A DNA stretch of 64,000 bases from an uncultured Methanobrevibacter sp. (GCA_902777885.1 CACYVR010000001.1:71880-135879); one strand, 5' to 3'; positions 51,382 through 61,083 are shown, numbered from the stretch's first letter. Notes: generated from the letters alone by a model not told the origin. Numbers and translations are program-made.

Positions 51382-53016
51382 TTAGCTTTGGGCTTCTTTA
51401 TTTTGTATTGTCTTCTCTGATTTTTTATCATCTTCTAATTCAGGCCTTCCTGCGCCTTCGCCATCTTTGTTTCCTTCTTTTTCTTGTTGCTGTGTTTTTC
51501 CAGTCGTATCGCCACCCTGTCCAAGATTCAACAGTGTATCACCATTCATGACATTAGTGCTGAGCGGCGGAATAAGAATATTGTAAAGCTGTAGAACTTG
51601 ATTCTCAAAATAAGCATCTGCAAGAATAGAACTTTGTGATTGCCCAAGAGCAATCATTGGTCTCATTTTTGAGAAGCCAAGTGAGGTCATCTCTTTAAAT
51701 TGTTTTGCCATATCTTTATAATTATAAATAGTGGTTGGCAAAATTTGTGCTCTTATATTCATTTTCTTGGGCGGCTTATTAAAAGGTCTCAATAGCACAT
51801 CTAAAAAATTCTGTAATTGTAATACAAGTCCATACATAGTGGCTTCATCATTAAGAATACTTTTTTCAAGAGCAATATTACCATCTGTATTAAATTGCAT
51901 CTGTGAAACACCGGCTTCATTATATACTGTTCTTTCACGACGCTCTAGCTCATCAGTTGCAGTTTGGGTACCAGAAGAATCAGTATCTGCAACTTCAACG
52001 TCCGCAAAAGTAGTCAATACATCAACGCCAATTGCGCGGCCCAGCATACGTACCGCATTATTGTGAATATCTCTTGCTTCATCAGGGTCAAATACCATTT
52101 CATTATCTTTATTCAAAGGCAACTTTTGAATAATAATTTTAAGCAATTTTTGTGCAGCCTTTTGTTTATCTAGATTTTGTGCGTCATCCAAATCAATAAT
52201 TGCAGGAATTACTGAGATAAAAGGCGGATAATCTGCATCTCCAAGATTAAACTTAATAGCATTATTAATATCAAGAAGATACCATCCATTTCCTTGATGC
52301 ATTTCATCTATAAGTTTATTCTTTTTATAAAGTCGATATCCTTTTTCAAATTCTTTTGGAAACAATTTTAGCACTTTTCTTCTTAGTTCACTATTTCTAA
52401 ATTGTTCATCAAAAAATTTCATATTAAACTCGACTGCTGGCTTATTATTTACGCTATATCTTGAACGACAATAATTTGGTGGCAATTCCTGTACACCAAC
52501 AGTATTACCATCATCAACCACATAGCCATAATAACAGCCTCTTTTTACAACTTTTAGAGCGACATCTTGACAAAACTCTTTAACACCAAAATTATCAAAA
52601 CGATTGAGAGCTTTATAGAAACTCTTTAAAACTTTTTCTATATTAGTATCTTCTTCCATTGTGTAAGGTGTAATTACCCAATCATATCTATATAAATATG
52701 CCATATATTTGCAAAGACGAGAATAAATACCACTTGTTTTAAAGAAGAACTCTGATATTTCACGCATTGTTACGATATCTCCGTTGTTCATTGCGCGCAT
52801 AACTTCAATCTTATCACCAAGCCGTGAATTTATCTTTTTATAAGTTCCCAAATTAACTGTAGCATCTTCAAGCATCTTTGGACCAACTTTTATTTTTCTA
52901 AATTTAGTGTTATCGCCGCCAACCATATCTCCAGTATCAAATAAATCAAAACTCTTGCTATGGATATATGCCTGACGCTCTTCTTTGGTCATTACTTTTA
53001 ATTCTGGCTCTTCCAT
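51382..53016 (-). CDS. Portal protein
   Basis: 544 aa between terminase and protease; charged C-terminal tail with GRP. Confidence 0.75.
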   Translation of the reverse strand: MEEPELKVMTKEERQAYIHSKSFDLFDTGDMVGGDNTKFRKIKVGPKMLEDATVNLGTYKKINSRLGDKIEVMRAMNNGDIVTMREISEFFFKTSGIYSRLCKYMAYLYRYDWVITPYTMEEDTNIEKVLKSFYKALNRFDNFGVKEFCQDVALKVVKRGCYYGYVVDDGNTVGVQELPPNYCRSRYSVNNKPAVEFNMKFFDEQFRNSELRRKVLKLFPKEFEKGYRLYKKNKLIDEMHQGNGWYLLDINNAIKFNLGDADYPPFISVIPAIIDLDDAQNLDKQKAAQKLLKIIIQKLPLNKDNEMVFDPDEARDIHNNAVRMLGRAIGVDVLTTFADVEVADTDSSGTQTATDELERRERTVYNEAGVSQMQFNTDGNIALEKSILNDEATMYGLVLQLQNFLDVLLRPFNKPPKKMNIRAQILPTTIYNYKDMAKQFKEMTSLGFSKMRPMIALGQSQSSILADAYFENQVLQLYNILIPPLSTNVMNGDTLLNLGQGGDTTGKTQQQEKEGNKDGEGAGRPELEDDKKSEKTIQNKEAQS

Positions 53017-53032
53017 TTTTGTTTCACCCCTT

Positions 53033-53393
53033 TCAGTATCCAGCGGCTTTCATTATATAATCATAAGAAATTAAATGTTCTTCCGTATAAGGAATAATAA
53101 CAAGAGGAATATTGTGCTTTTCACAGTAACGCTTTTTCATATTATCATTATATTGTTGTTTATGTAAACCGGACACTCCACCAAATTTGCTTTTAGGTTC
53201 ATAATGCTGAATACCATTATATTCGATTAAAAAATCTAGATTTCCGTCGTCATCAAAGATTGCAAAATCAAAGCTATCGAAGAGGACGTCCATTATTAGA
53301 AACTAAATCTGGAAAAGAGTATTCCTCTTGAAAATTTAAATCAGACATTTTTAATATATCTTCTATTTTTATTTCTGCTCTTGAAGCCCTCAA
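53033..53393 (-). pseudogene. PD-(D/E)XK/DUF559-like endonuclease broken by a 4-nt TAGC insertion, or expressed by recoding
   Basis: AGAGGT RBS and TTG 53393 give MRASRAEIKIEDIL...GRPLR-TAG; the +1 frame continues FDFAIFDD..LIEYNGIQHY. Confidence 0.7.
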
Positions 53394-53470
53394 TATAATC
53401 ACCTCTTTTTTGCAGATCTCTTTCTCTTATTTTCAAAACAAGAGAAAGAGAAATGCTTATTTTTGTCCGA

Positions 53471-56249
53471 TTATGTATAAAACATATAATCAGAAAATCT
53501 TACTTTCTTTCGCTTTTTCTTAGAATCTTCATATTGTTTAATATAATAAAGTCCATAACAAAAAGCAGAAAACTTATCTTTTTTGATTGTTTTTGAAACT
53601 TGCTTCAAAATGATATTTAAACCTTCATTTTCTTGCGCAAGATTTAAAAGCTGTTCTCTCAGAATAGTTGTCAAAACATATGGCTTAAGATATGAATTAC
53701 GTTGGTCTATTGTCATAGCTTGTCCTGCTTTTGTACTCATTAATGTTGCTTTTGCCTGAGATTCATCAATTAACATTTTTATTTTACCATTTATCATTTG
53801 AACTTTTGCATAAGCATACATTTCAGTGTTTAAAGGTGCATTTGCCTTTATTAAAAATAATGCATCTTCTTCCGTGTCATTTGTCCTAAAACGTTTATAC
53901 TCACCTTTTTCATCATTTTCAACGCCAAAAGGTGGCAGTGATTCATTTGTCTCTGGATCAACTTGAGTTTTTACTAAATAATCTACAAGACCAGCTCCGA
54001 CACCATTTGCATCAATAGCGATCTTGTGTGCCTTATATTTATAATATAATCTTTTTAAATTAATCGCTTGATCTTCAAAATGCTCTGCTGAAAGAGTATA
54101 TATATTAACTAAAGATTTAATTGCAGGTCCTTGGGGTTGAGGCGTCACTTTCCATACAATTACTTCTGTTGTACAATCAAAACGTCCAACGTCAACACCA
54201 AGTACATAATAAGCAGACTTTGAAGATCTCCCACTATATTCATATTCTGGTTGTTTCAATACTCTATATCTATCAAATTTTTCCGCTGAGAAAAATGCAT
54301 TTGCAACATCTCCGCTCCACCTAGACATATATTCTCGTTCAAAAGAGTCTTCATTATAAGTATCCTGTAATTTTAATTGATTTACGAAATCTTCATCAAG
54401 AAGCCCTTCTAGCACAGGGGTTTCATAAGTACCACCTGCAATCATTACTTCTTGAGGGTCTAAAATAGATTGAATCAAAAGCTCAATCAATTTTGAATAC
54501 GCAAACGTAGATTTCCAGCCAGCCGTTGTTATATATACTTGACTTTTATTAACAATTTCTTTTGGATCTGTTGTACCATCGGGAAGGTTTCTATTAACGT
54601 TTGTTGTCAAGATTTTTCATCTTGGACTATATCATCAACTTTTTTCCATCTCCAACCTTTATGATGAATATTTATAGTTTTTCCTCCACAAATTGCAGCT
54701 ATTGCTTGATATGTTCCATTAACATCTCTAGCGGCTTCTTTGTAAGAACTATATACTTGAAGAATATTTAAATCATCATCACATCTTGCTACTTTTGTTC
54801 CAGGGCGATTTTTCTTTTCCATCGGAGGAAGCTGTAAACATTCTTCATCAGCATATCTCCATTGAAAATCTCCTGTCCTATGGCGAATTCGTCTGCAACA
54901 ATCACTAATCTTTGAAGATTGTAATTGTAACTGTCGAGCCGCTTCAGCCGCACTTTCAAAAGTTCTTATTTTATTTCCATTTAAATCATACTGAATAACA
55001 GCCTTTAATCGAGAACTGTTTAAAAATTTACCTTCCGCAACAGCTTTTTGAGAATTTTCTTTTGGCGTTACCCATTCAAGATTTTCTATATTATTGTTAC
55101 TTCTGTCACAGTCAATGTGATTTACAAAAGGCTTGTTATCAACATTTGGAATAAAAGCTATAGCAACTAGCCTATGTACACGACATCCTTTTTGTTTACC
55201 TTTTCCGAGGGATAGTGTTACATGTTTATATCCTTGTTGAATTCTTTGTGACAATATTTTATTAGTAATATCATTTCTTACTCTTCCAAGAGAGGAAATA
55301 CTATAATTCGTTTCTTTTTCATCAATAATAATTTTTTTCCAAAGTTCCATAATTTCATCTTCTTTCGTTAGATAATACCGGTATTAACATACCTTCTATT
55401 ATAAATAATTTTGAAAATAAAATTTTTATATAACTTTGTCCAAGAGTTTAAAAAGTTGCGGTGCGCTTCGAGCTGTAGTCATTTCAGCCCTAACCAGACG
55501 TTTTTCTCCTCTGGATAGTCTCTACACCTTCTCCATAAAGGAGCTTGGCACGGTCTCCCAGAACCGTTAGCAATTTTCATTACACCCCATGACTAATGGG
55601 TTCACACCGTTCATGCACTAATTGCTCACGCAACTAGGCCCCACAACCTTCTTGGTCTAGGGATAATAATTTCATTTAAAGCCGTTTGATCTATAAGAAT
55701 GCACTCTTCCATTAATCCAGAATGTCTTCTTTGTCCTCTTGAGCTTTCTTTTGCAGCAAGTATATCTATTTTTGAACCATTTTTAAAAATATAACATACA
55801 TCATCTTTTGTTTTTCTTGTTTGTCCTCGTTCCCAATTAATTTCATGCTCTAAAAAAGGCAACAGTTTACATAACTCCTCTACCTTTGATAATGTAATAC
55901 TTGAAGCTTGCTCTTTTCCACCTGTTGTTACAAATAAATGACAGCCAGGAAACAAAACTGCCCGCAACATTAATACTAATACAGAAAGAAAAGATTTACT
56001 GAAAGCTCTTGGAAAAGTAGCATAGACATATCTATGTCTTGCTACCTCCCGCAAAAAAACTCTTTGATAATAATAAAATTTAAAAGTATTTTTTTTACCT
56101 TTCATAAAATCAACAAAAAGATCTGGATATTCTCTAAAAAAACTTATCAAATCTCTTAGGGGAGAAAGTTGTTCTCGCAGTCTTTCCTCAGACATTCCTA
56201 TTTTTTGTTCATACTTCTCTGAAAGTGCCATTAAATCCGTTAAAGCCAT
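53471..56249 (-). CDS. terL: Terminase large subunit, spliced: exon 1 56249-55659, exon 2 54607-53471
   Basis: Walker A-like RAFSKS, RGQRR, Walker B LMEE, YITTAG, nuclease LGVDVGR and KDKFSA; the junction reads NEIIIP|TTNVNR. Confidence 0.92.
54607..55350 (-). CDS. Intron-encoded HNH homing endonuclease (NUMOD4-HNH-2xNUMOD1)
   Basis: YSISSLGRVRN, VHRLVAIAF, VNHIDCDRSNNNIENLEW and two C-terminal repeats. Confidence 0.92.
   Translation of the reverse strand: MELWKKIIIDEKETNYSISSLGRVRNDITNKILSQRIQQGYKHVTLSLGKGKQKGCRVHRLVAIAFIPNVDNKPFVNHIDCDRSNNNIENLEWVTPKENSQKAVAEGKFLNSSRLKAVIQYDLNGNKIRTFESAAEAARQLQLQSSKISDCCRRIRHRTGDFQWRYADEECLQLPPMEKKNRPGTKVARCDDDLNILQVYSSYKEAARDVNGTYQAIAAICGGKTINIHHKGWRWKKVDDIVQDEKS
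54608..55658 (-). mobile_element. Group I intron (1051 nt) in terL carrying an HNH gene
   Basis: P1 CCCU/GGGG, P10 GUUGU/ACAAC, P3 CGGUGUG/CGCACCG, GCUAACGG, UGUAGAGACUA (55526-55516), GAUAUAGUCC (54633-54624), terminal G at 54608. Confidence 0.92.
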
Positions 56250-57453
56250 CTTCATCTTCCTCACTTTCAGTAAAATTACTATTCTGTATTGCTAGATCAT
56301 GCTCATGCTCATTTTCAATCAAATCAAGTTTATCAAGATAATCTTCTACTTGTAAATCTTGATTTTCTTTTATGCCTGCTCTTTCCATAAGCTTTTTCCT
56401 AGCCTCCGCGTCAGCTAATTCACGCTTTTTTAAATAAGTTTCTATTTGTTGAGCCAATGATTTATCTTCATATATCAAGGCTTTTATATAGTCTTTTTGA
56501 TCTTGAATTTCTTTATCAATAACATCAAGAGGTATAGAAATATCAAACCGAGGAATTTTTCCACCCTCTTTTTCACAATAGGCAACAAGTTGACCAACAC
56601 AATCAACAAAATCACTTTTTTCCTCTTTATTTTGTACAGCTGTAAATTTGCATGATTTTCTAATGCTATCTGCAACTCTACATAATTTTTGATAACCATC
56701 TATATCGCCAATGTCGATCGACTCATTCATTTTAAGCCATGTCTTACATAACATAAGCAAATTCTCTTTAGTATCTGCATCTTGAACATCAAAAGAATTA
56801 AGCATATCATTATATTTTTTTTCAAGAGCTACCCATTGGTCTGCATGATAGTTTCGACCCCACTTCATTGCAAGATATATTTTATCTTCTTTTGTTAATT
56901 GCGCGGCGGGACTTTCTATATCATCAAGAAATGCGTTTTCTTTAAAGGGATCATCTGGCTCTTCTAGAGCATCTTTTGGTGAAGGGGGCGGTGGAGCTGG
57001 TGCTTCCGCAGGAAGCATTGTTTTATATTGAGCTTCTGAGATTTCACCATCAATATATTTTTGATGAAGGGATTCTTTATCTAGAGATTCTTCTCCATGA
57101 ACTTTGACATAATCTTCTGTTAACTTACGTCTTTTTTCGTTTTCGGCTTCTGTATCTGCCCAACCCATTTTTCCCCATTGGCCGAGCCGCATTTTTCCAA
57201 GGTATTTACCCATAATTGCGGAACCAGTTGCATACTGGCCGCCTCGGGCAGCTGCTCGCGCAAGCAAGGGGTCCCACTCCCACGGCAACCATGGGACGTC
57301 CATCTTTTCAAGTATCCAGAGAAAAGTATCTGGTTTATATGGGTCAACGTGCATTGTTAAGCACTTTTTACATAATTCAGTTTTTTCACCATTTTTGTAT
57401 GTATAAAATTGTACATCTTTTAATGTTTTTTTACATTTTTGGCAATATGGCAT
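56209..57453 (-). CDS. Putative terminase small subunit with N-terminal Zn finger
   Basis: CQKC..CKKC; directly upstream of and overlapping terL; AAGGAG RBS before ATG 57453. Confidence 0.55.
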   Translation of the reverse strand: MPYCQKCKKTLKDVQFYTYKNGEKTELCKKCLTMHVDPYKPDTFLWILEKMDVPWLPWEWDPLLARAAARGGQYATGSAIMGKYLGKMRLGQWGKMGWADTEAENEKRRKLTEDYVKVHGEESLDKESLHQKYIDGEISEAQYKTMLPAEAPAPPPPSPKDALEEPDDPFKENAFLDDIESPAAQLTKEDKIYLAMKWGRNYHADQWVALEKKYNDMLNSFDVQDADTKENLLMLCKTWLKMNESIDIGDIDGYQKLCRVADSIRKSCKFTAVQNKEEKSDFVDCVGQLVAYCEKEGGKIPRFDISIPLDVIDKEIQDQKDYIKALIYEDKSLAQQIETYLKKRELADAEARKKLMERAGIKENQDLQVEDYLDKLDLIENEHEHDLAIQNSNFTESEEDEDGFNGFNGTFREV

Positions 57454-57515
57454 AATATCATCTCCTTTGGTTATTTTAGATGCGGATTGCAATAGCATTA
57501 ATCACTCTTGCCCAA

Positions 57516-58583
57516 TCACTTCTTCTTTTTATTGCGGCAGCACTTGCATACACTATACCAGCCATCAGATGATGTTTTATTGCGCGAAAAGAAACGACTG
57601 TGAGCTAGTTTGACTTCGCCGCATCGAGAACAGCGTTTCCAATGTCCGCGCTCTTTTTCGGTATAGTACCAAAGTAAAGCATTTTCTTGTGCTTGTTCCG
57701 CGAGGAGTTTTGGAATTTTTTGGCGCCATAGGGCAGATAGATATTCAACAGAATAGGTGTAACCATATTTCTTCTCAAGTGCTATGCGGATGTCCGCATT
57801 TTTAACACCATCTATTTTATACCAAAGAAGGTCATAATAAAATGGGTAATATTCTTTAAGAGTTTGGTCAATGAGTTTGTCGAGCTCATTCATTAGGTCT
57901 GTAAGGTCCGTATCGATGTTCCCGCATTGTTGCTTTAATAAAGAATAATTGCAAAGCATTGTTGATATGTGCTGCTGATTAAGTAGGGTAACAAGACCGT
58001 TACTTTGAATGTCGCCATTTTTGTCAATGTAGTAATCTTCGCTGAGATCTATTTTAAATTCAGATTTAATTGCTTTTTGCGCATACACTGGCTGGAGAGT
58101 GGAATTTTTTATTACATACTGGTCTTGCGATTTTTCTATAATAGCTTTCTTAAGGATGTACTTATCTTTGCCCACCGCATTTTGTTCTAATTTTTTAAGT
58201 CTTTCTATTTCTTGTCGTACCTGTAATAAATAAGGATTGGCATCTATATCTTTTTGTGATATTGAAATTTTAGGCGTTAAAATTATATTTTTATCATTGC
58301 CGCCCATCATATGGTATAAACCGTCTTCGCCATTTTCAAGCTTTGCTACTAATCCTTGATAAGAGGTTTCGCGCTTATTGATTGTTACCATTCTATTGTC
58401 TGTTAAAATTTTCTTTTCTTTCTTTTCTTCTGAACTCATTGCTGTTACAATATAATCTGATAAAATTTCTAAATAACGCTTGGAGGGGTTTGGATTTTCT
58501 GCTAAAATTTTATCAACAAGCTTTTTTCTCTTAGTGGGATCAGTAATAGTGTAGTCTAATTTTATAGGATTTTCTTCGGACAT
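57516..58583 (-). CDS. Putative transcriptional regulator (HTH-like segment plus C-terminal Zn ribbon)
   Basis: KNADIRIALEKKYGYTYSVEYLSALW HTH-like stretch; CSRC...CKCC; own sigma-A promoter. Confidence 0.5.
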   Translation of the reverse strand: MSEENPIKLDYTITDPTKRKKLVDKILAENPNPSKRYLEILSDYIVTAMSSEEKKEKKILTDNRMVTINKRETSYQGLVAKLENGEDGLYHMMGGNDKNIILTPKISISQKDIDANPYLLQVRQEIERLKKLEQNAVGKDKYILKKAIIEKSQDQYVIKNSTLQPVYAQKAIKSEFKIDLSEDYYIDKNGDIQSNGLVTLLNQQHISTMLCNYSLLKQQCGNIDTDLTDLMNELDKLIDQTLKEYYPFYYDLLWYKIDGVKNADIRIALEKKYGYTYSVEYLSALWRQKIPKLLAEQAQENALLWYYTEKERGHWKRCSRCGEVKLAHSRFFSRNKTSSDGWYSVCKCCRNKKKK

Positions 58584-58625
58584 TTTCGGTTTTCCCTCCT
58601 TTCATTACTTCACCTTATATGATTT

Positions 58626-58654
58626 ATTATACCAAAAAATTTGACAAATGTCAA
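58626..58654 (-). promoter_or_regulatory. Consensus sigma-A promoter overlapped by palindrome TTTGACAAATGTCAAA
   Basis: TTGACA-17-TATAAT with extended TG. Confidence 0.85.
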
Positions 58655-58706
58655 ATTCATTTAATGTATTTTTTAGTTAGGGCATTATTGCTTAGTGAGA
58701 GAATAG

Positions 58707-58792
58707 TGTTTCGTCTTTTGAAATCAAAAAAATATTTGGTGAGAAAATGATGTTTCGTCTTTTGAAATCAAAAAAATATTTGGTGAGAAAAT
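58707..58792. repeat. Tandem direct repeat, 2 x 42 bp identical (period 44)
   Basis: TGTTTCGTCTTTTGAAATCAAAAAAATATTTGGTGAGAAAAT at 58707 and 58751. Confidence 0.95.
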
Positions 58793-59424
58793 TGGCGTGG
58801 TAAAACAAAATTTTACAAATTTCAAATTATTTATCCCAAAATATACCCCCGGTATACCGACTTTAGAATAAGAAAAATTTTTGGCTCCATTCGCCTAGGA
58901 CCCGGGGACAAAATACGTGCGCATTGAACACACATCCTCCACATATTTACTCGACAATATTTATCTCAAATTAATACAAAATATTTTCTTATCATCCTTG
59001 CCGCTGCCATAAAATAAATAAATAAAAGTTTGTATAATAAATATGCACACAATAGTTAAGCTACAAAGATGTATCGTAAAGATAGAATATATAATTAATG
59101 TATGCCGTTCATAATAATTAAATAAAACATTTAAAGTTTTAGATAATTATTTAAAATGAAAGAAGCTATATACATAATGGTTAAAGGAGACGCGCGAATC
59201 TTGTTTTGTAATAAACATATCGAGGACAAAGAATAACAAAGCTAAGGTCGCGCAAACACAAGAGTAATACATAATATTAGCACAGAAGAACAAGAGAAGA
59301 AGAAATATAAGGAGTATAGAAACTGGTCAAATTTTTGCGGCAATACTTGCTTACACAATGCACTAAAGCAGTTACCTGCGCACACTTACTTTTTTCTTCT
59401 TCTCTTGTTATGCACATAACACTT

Positions 59425-60011
59425 ATACAAACGTACAAAGCCACACATAACAGACATATACATAACACAACAACGCACAAAGATAAACAAACAACAACAC
59501 AACAATACATATATAACACATAATATTTACAACACATAACAATAATAACATATACACATATATAACCATACACAACAGCATAATAATAACAATGCATAGA
59601 CATATACATATAACAACAATAATACATATATATGATAAGCATATATACATACAACAATATATACAATAATATGCATATGCACAGCAACATATACAATAAC
59701 AATACAACAGCATAACATACATACATATAATAGCACATACATATATACAATAACATATATAATAATACATATAGTACATACAATAATATACACATATACA
59801 TAAGCATATACATATATACACAACAACACATAGATACACACACATAAGCACAACAACAGTAAAGATACACAACACAACAACACAATAAACATAATAACAA
59901 CAATACATACAATGCACAAAGACACATATAATAAGACACACAACAATAACATATATACACAACAACACATACATATACAATAACATACACAATAACAATA
60001 GATACAACATA
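59425..60011. repeat. Aperiodic low-complexity tract, G-poor on the + strand
   Basis: Built from ACA/ATA/AAC words; no YY or GG dinucleotide seen from 59568 to 60012. Confidence 0.9.
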
Positions 60012-60040
60012 TTGACAACATATATAATATATGTTATAAT
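60012..60040 (+). promoter_or_regulatory. Consensus sigma-A promoter
   Basis: TTGACA-17-TATAAT with extended TG. Confidence 0.85.
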
Positions 60041-60073
60041 ATATATAGATAATAAAGAAAGGAGAAAGAACTA

Positions 60074-60247
60074 ATGTTGAACAACAATCTTAATGATGCA
60101 GCAGCATTACAGATGTTGTTATCTTTTGTGTCAGTATCTGACTTAATAAAAGCAGCAATGAATGGTTTCTCAAATGATGATTCCATAAATGCTAAAGAGA
60201 ATGCTGATCTATGCTATAAGATACTCAAGGCATACTATAAAGGATAA
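60074..60247 (+). CDS. 57-aa early protein, absent from the ORF track
   Basis: AAAGGAG RBS and consensus promoter; MLNNNLNDAAALQMLL...KAYYKG*. Confidence 0.75.
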   Translation: MLNNNLNDAAALQMLLSFVSVSDLIKAAMNGFSNDDSINAKENADLCYKILKAYYKG

Positions 60248-60403
60248 CATCGTAAAGAGTCGGAGTCAATGGCTTCGATTCGAGGTTGTACAACATTAGT
60301 TATATGAAGAAATAATCAAGAGCAAAACAGCATTAGACATATAAATATATTTTTCCTAAAATTAAAAATTAGTAGATGAGAAAAATGTGCGGAAATAGAT
60401 CAT

Positions 60404-60835
60404 CGGAGCGTCCGCGGGTGGGTGGGTGGAGGACGCTCCGTCATTTTGCACAAAAAATCTCATAGGAGATTTTTTGTGCATTTTGCACAAAAATGGTTAC
60501 AGCTTTGTAACTCCTGAAATGTTACAAAACTGTAACTTATTACAAAATTGTAACTATTTTTGTGCAAAATGCACAAAAAAATGCCTTTCCGCTGCCTATT
60601 TTTGTGCAAAACAGAGAAAAAAGTTACAAAATTGTAATAAATGTAATTTTTTAAAAGTTACAAAGGTAACAACATTGTAACTATTTTCAGCACTTTGCAC
60701 AATGCCGCTGCCCTGTGAAAAACCTCCGTCAAAATGCACAAAAAAGGTTACAACTCTGTAATATGTGGAAAACTTTTTGTAACCTTTTTTGTGCATTTTG
60801 ACGGAGGTTTTTTTCGAACATAATTTTTGTGCAAT
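60404..60835. repeat. Cluster of palindromes and iterated TGCACAAAA and GTTACA boxes
   Basis: 10-bp stem 60404-60440; 36-bp perfect inverted repeat 60718-60753/60777-60812; many TGCACAA/TTGTGCA and GTTACA/TGTAAC copies. Confidence 0.85.
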
Positions 60836-60866
60836 TTGTATATTGACTTAATAACTTGCGTAAAGA

Positions 60867-61083
60867 GCCGCTGCCGCTTTAGTGCATTAAAGCGAAAAAG
60901 CGTATGCTAATCGAACATTTGTTCGCTTTAATGCTTTAGCGTGATAAAGTGTTAATGCTTTAAAACACTAAAGTGAATATTTGCCGCTGCCCAATACCTT
61001 ACAACGCAAGATATTCGCGTCACTTTAACAATAGAAAAAACAAAAATAATTCCCTCGCGCGAATATCTTGCGTTGTAAGGTAT
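60867..61083. repeat. Structured element, copy 1
   Basis: Three CTTTA-N6-TAAAG boxes, CGAACATTTGTTCG, GCCGCTGCC, and a 26-bp perfect hairpin 60994-61019/61058-61083. Confidence 0.85.
60912..60925. promoter_or_regulatory. Gram-positive LexA (Cheo/SOS) box
   Basis: CGAACATTTGTTCG matches GAAC-N4-GTTC. Confidence 0.7.

Noticed and set aside
53274-53276. Genome-wide TAG reassignment
   Set aside because: Long genes are intact under the standard code, and read-through of this TAG would not restore the frame.
55626-55658. C-terminal RPRRLWGLVA of the 212-aa ORF, and the TTG start at 54610, as real protein ends
   Set aside because: Both are intron sequence; splicing joins IIIP to TTNV.
293-58190. 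Many short antisense or nested ORFs (e.g. 9647-10054, 39255-39593, 48635-49075, 50482-50865)
   Set aside because: They are shadows of well-supported genes, with no RBS or recognisable motifs.
59277-60021. Three overlapping Cys/Tyr/Val-rich minus-strand ORFs
   Set aside because: All three frames are open only because the + strand lacks TTA/CTA/TCA; there is no RBS and the composition is dictated by the low-complexity tract.
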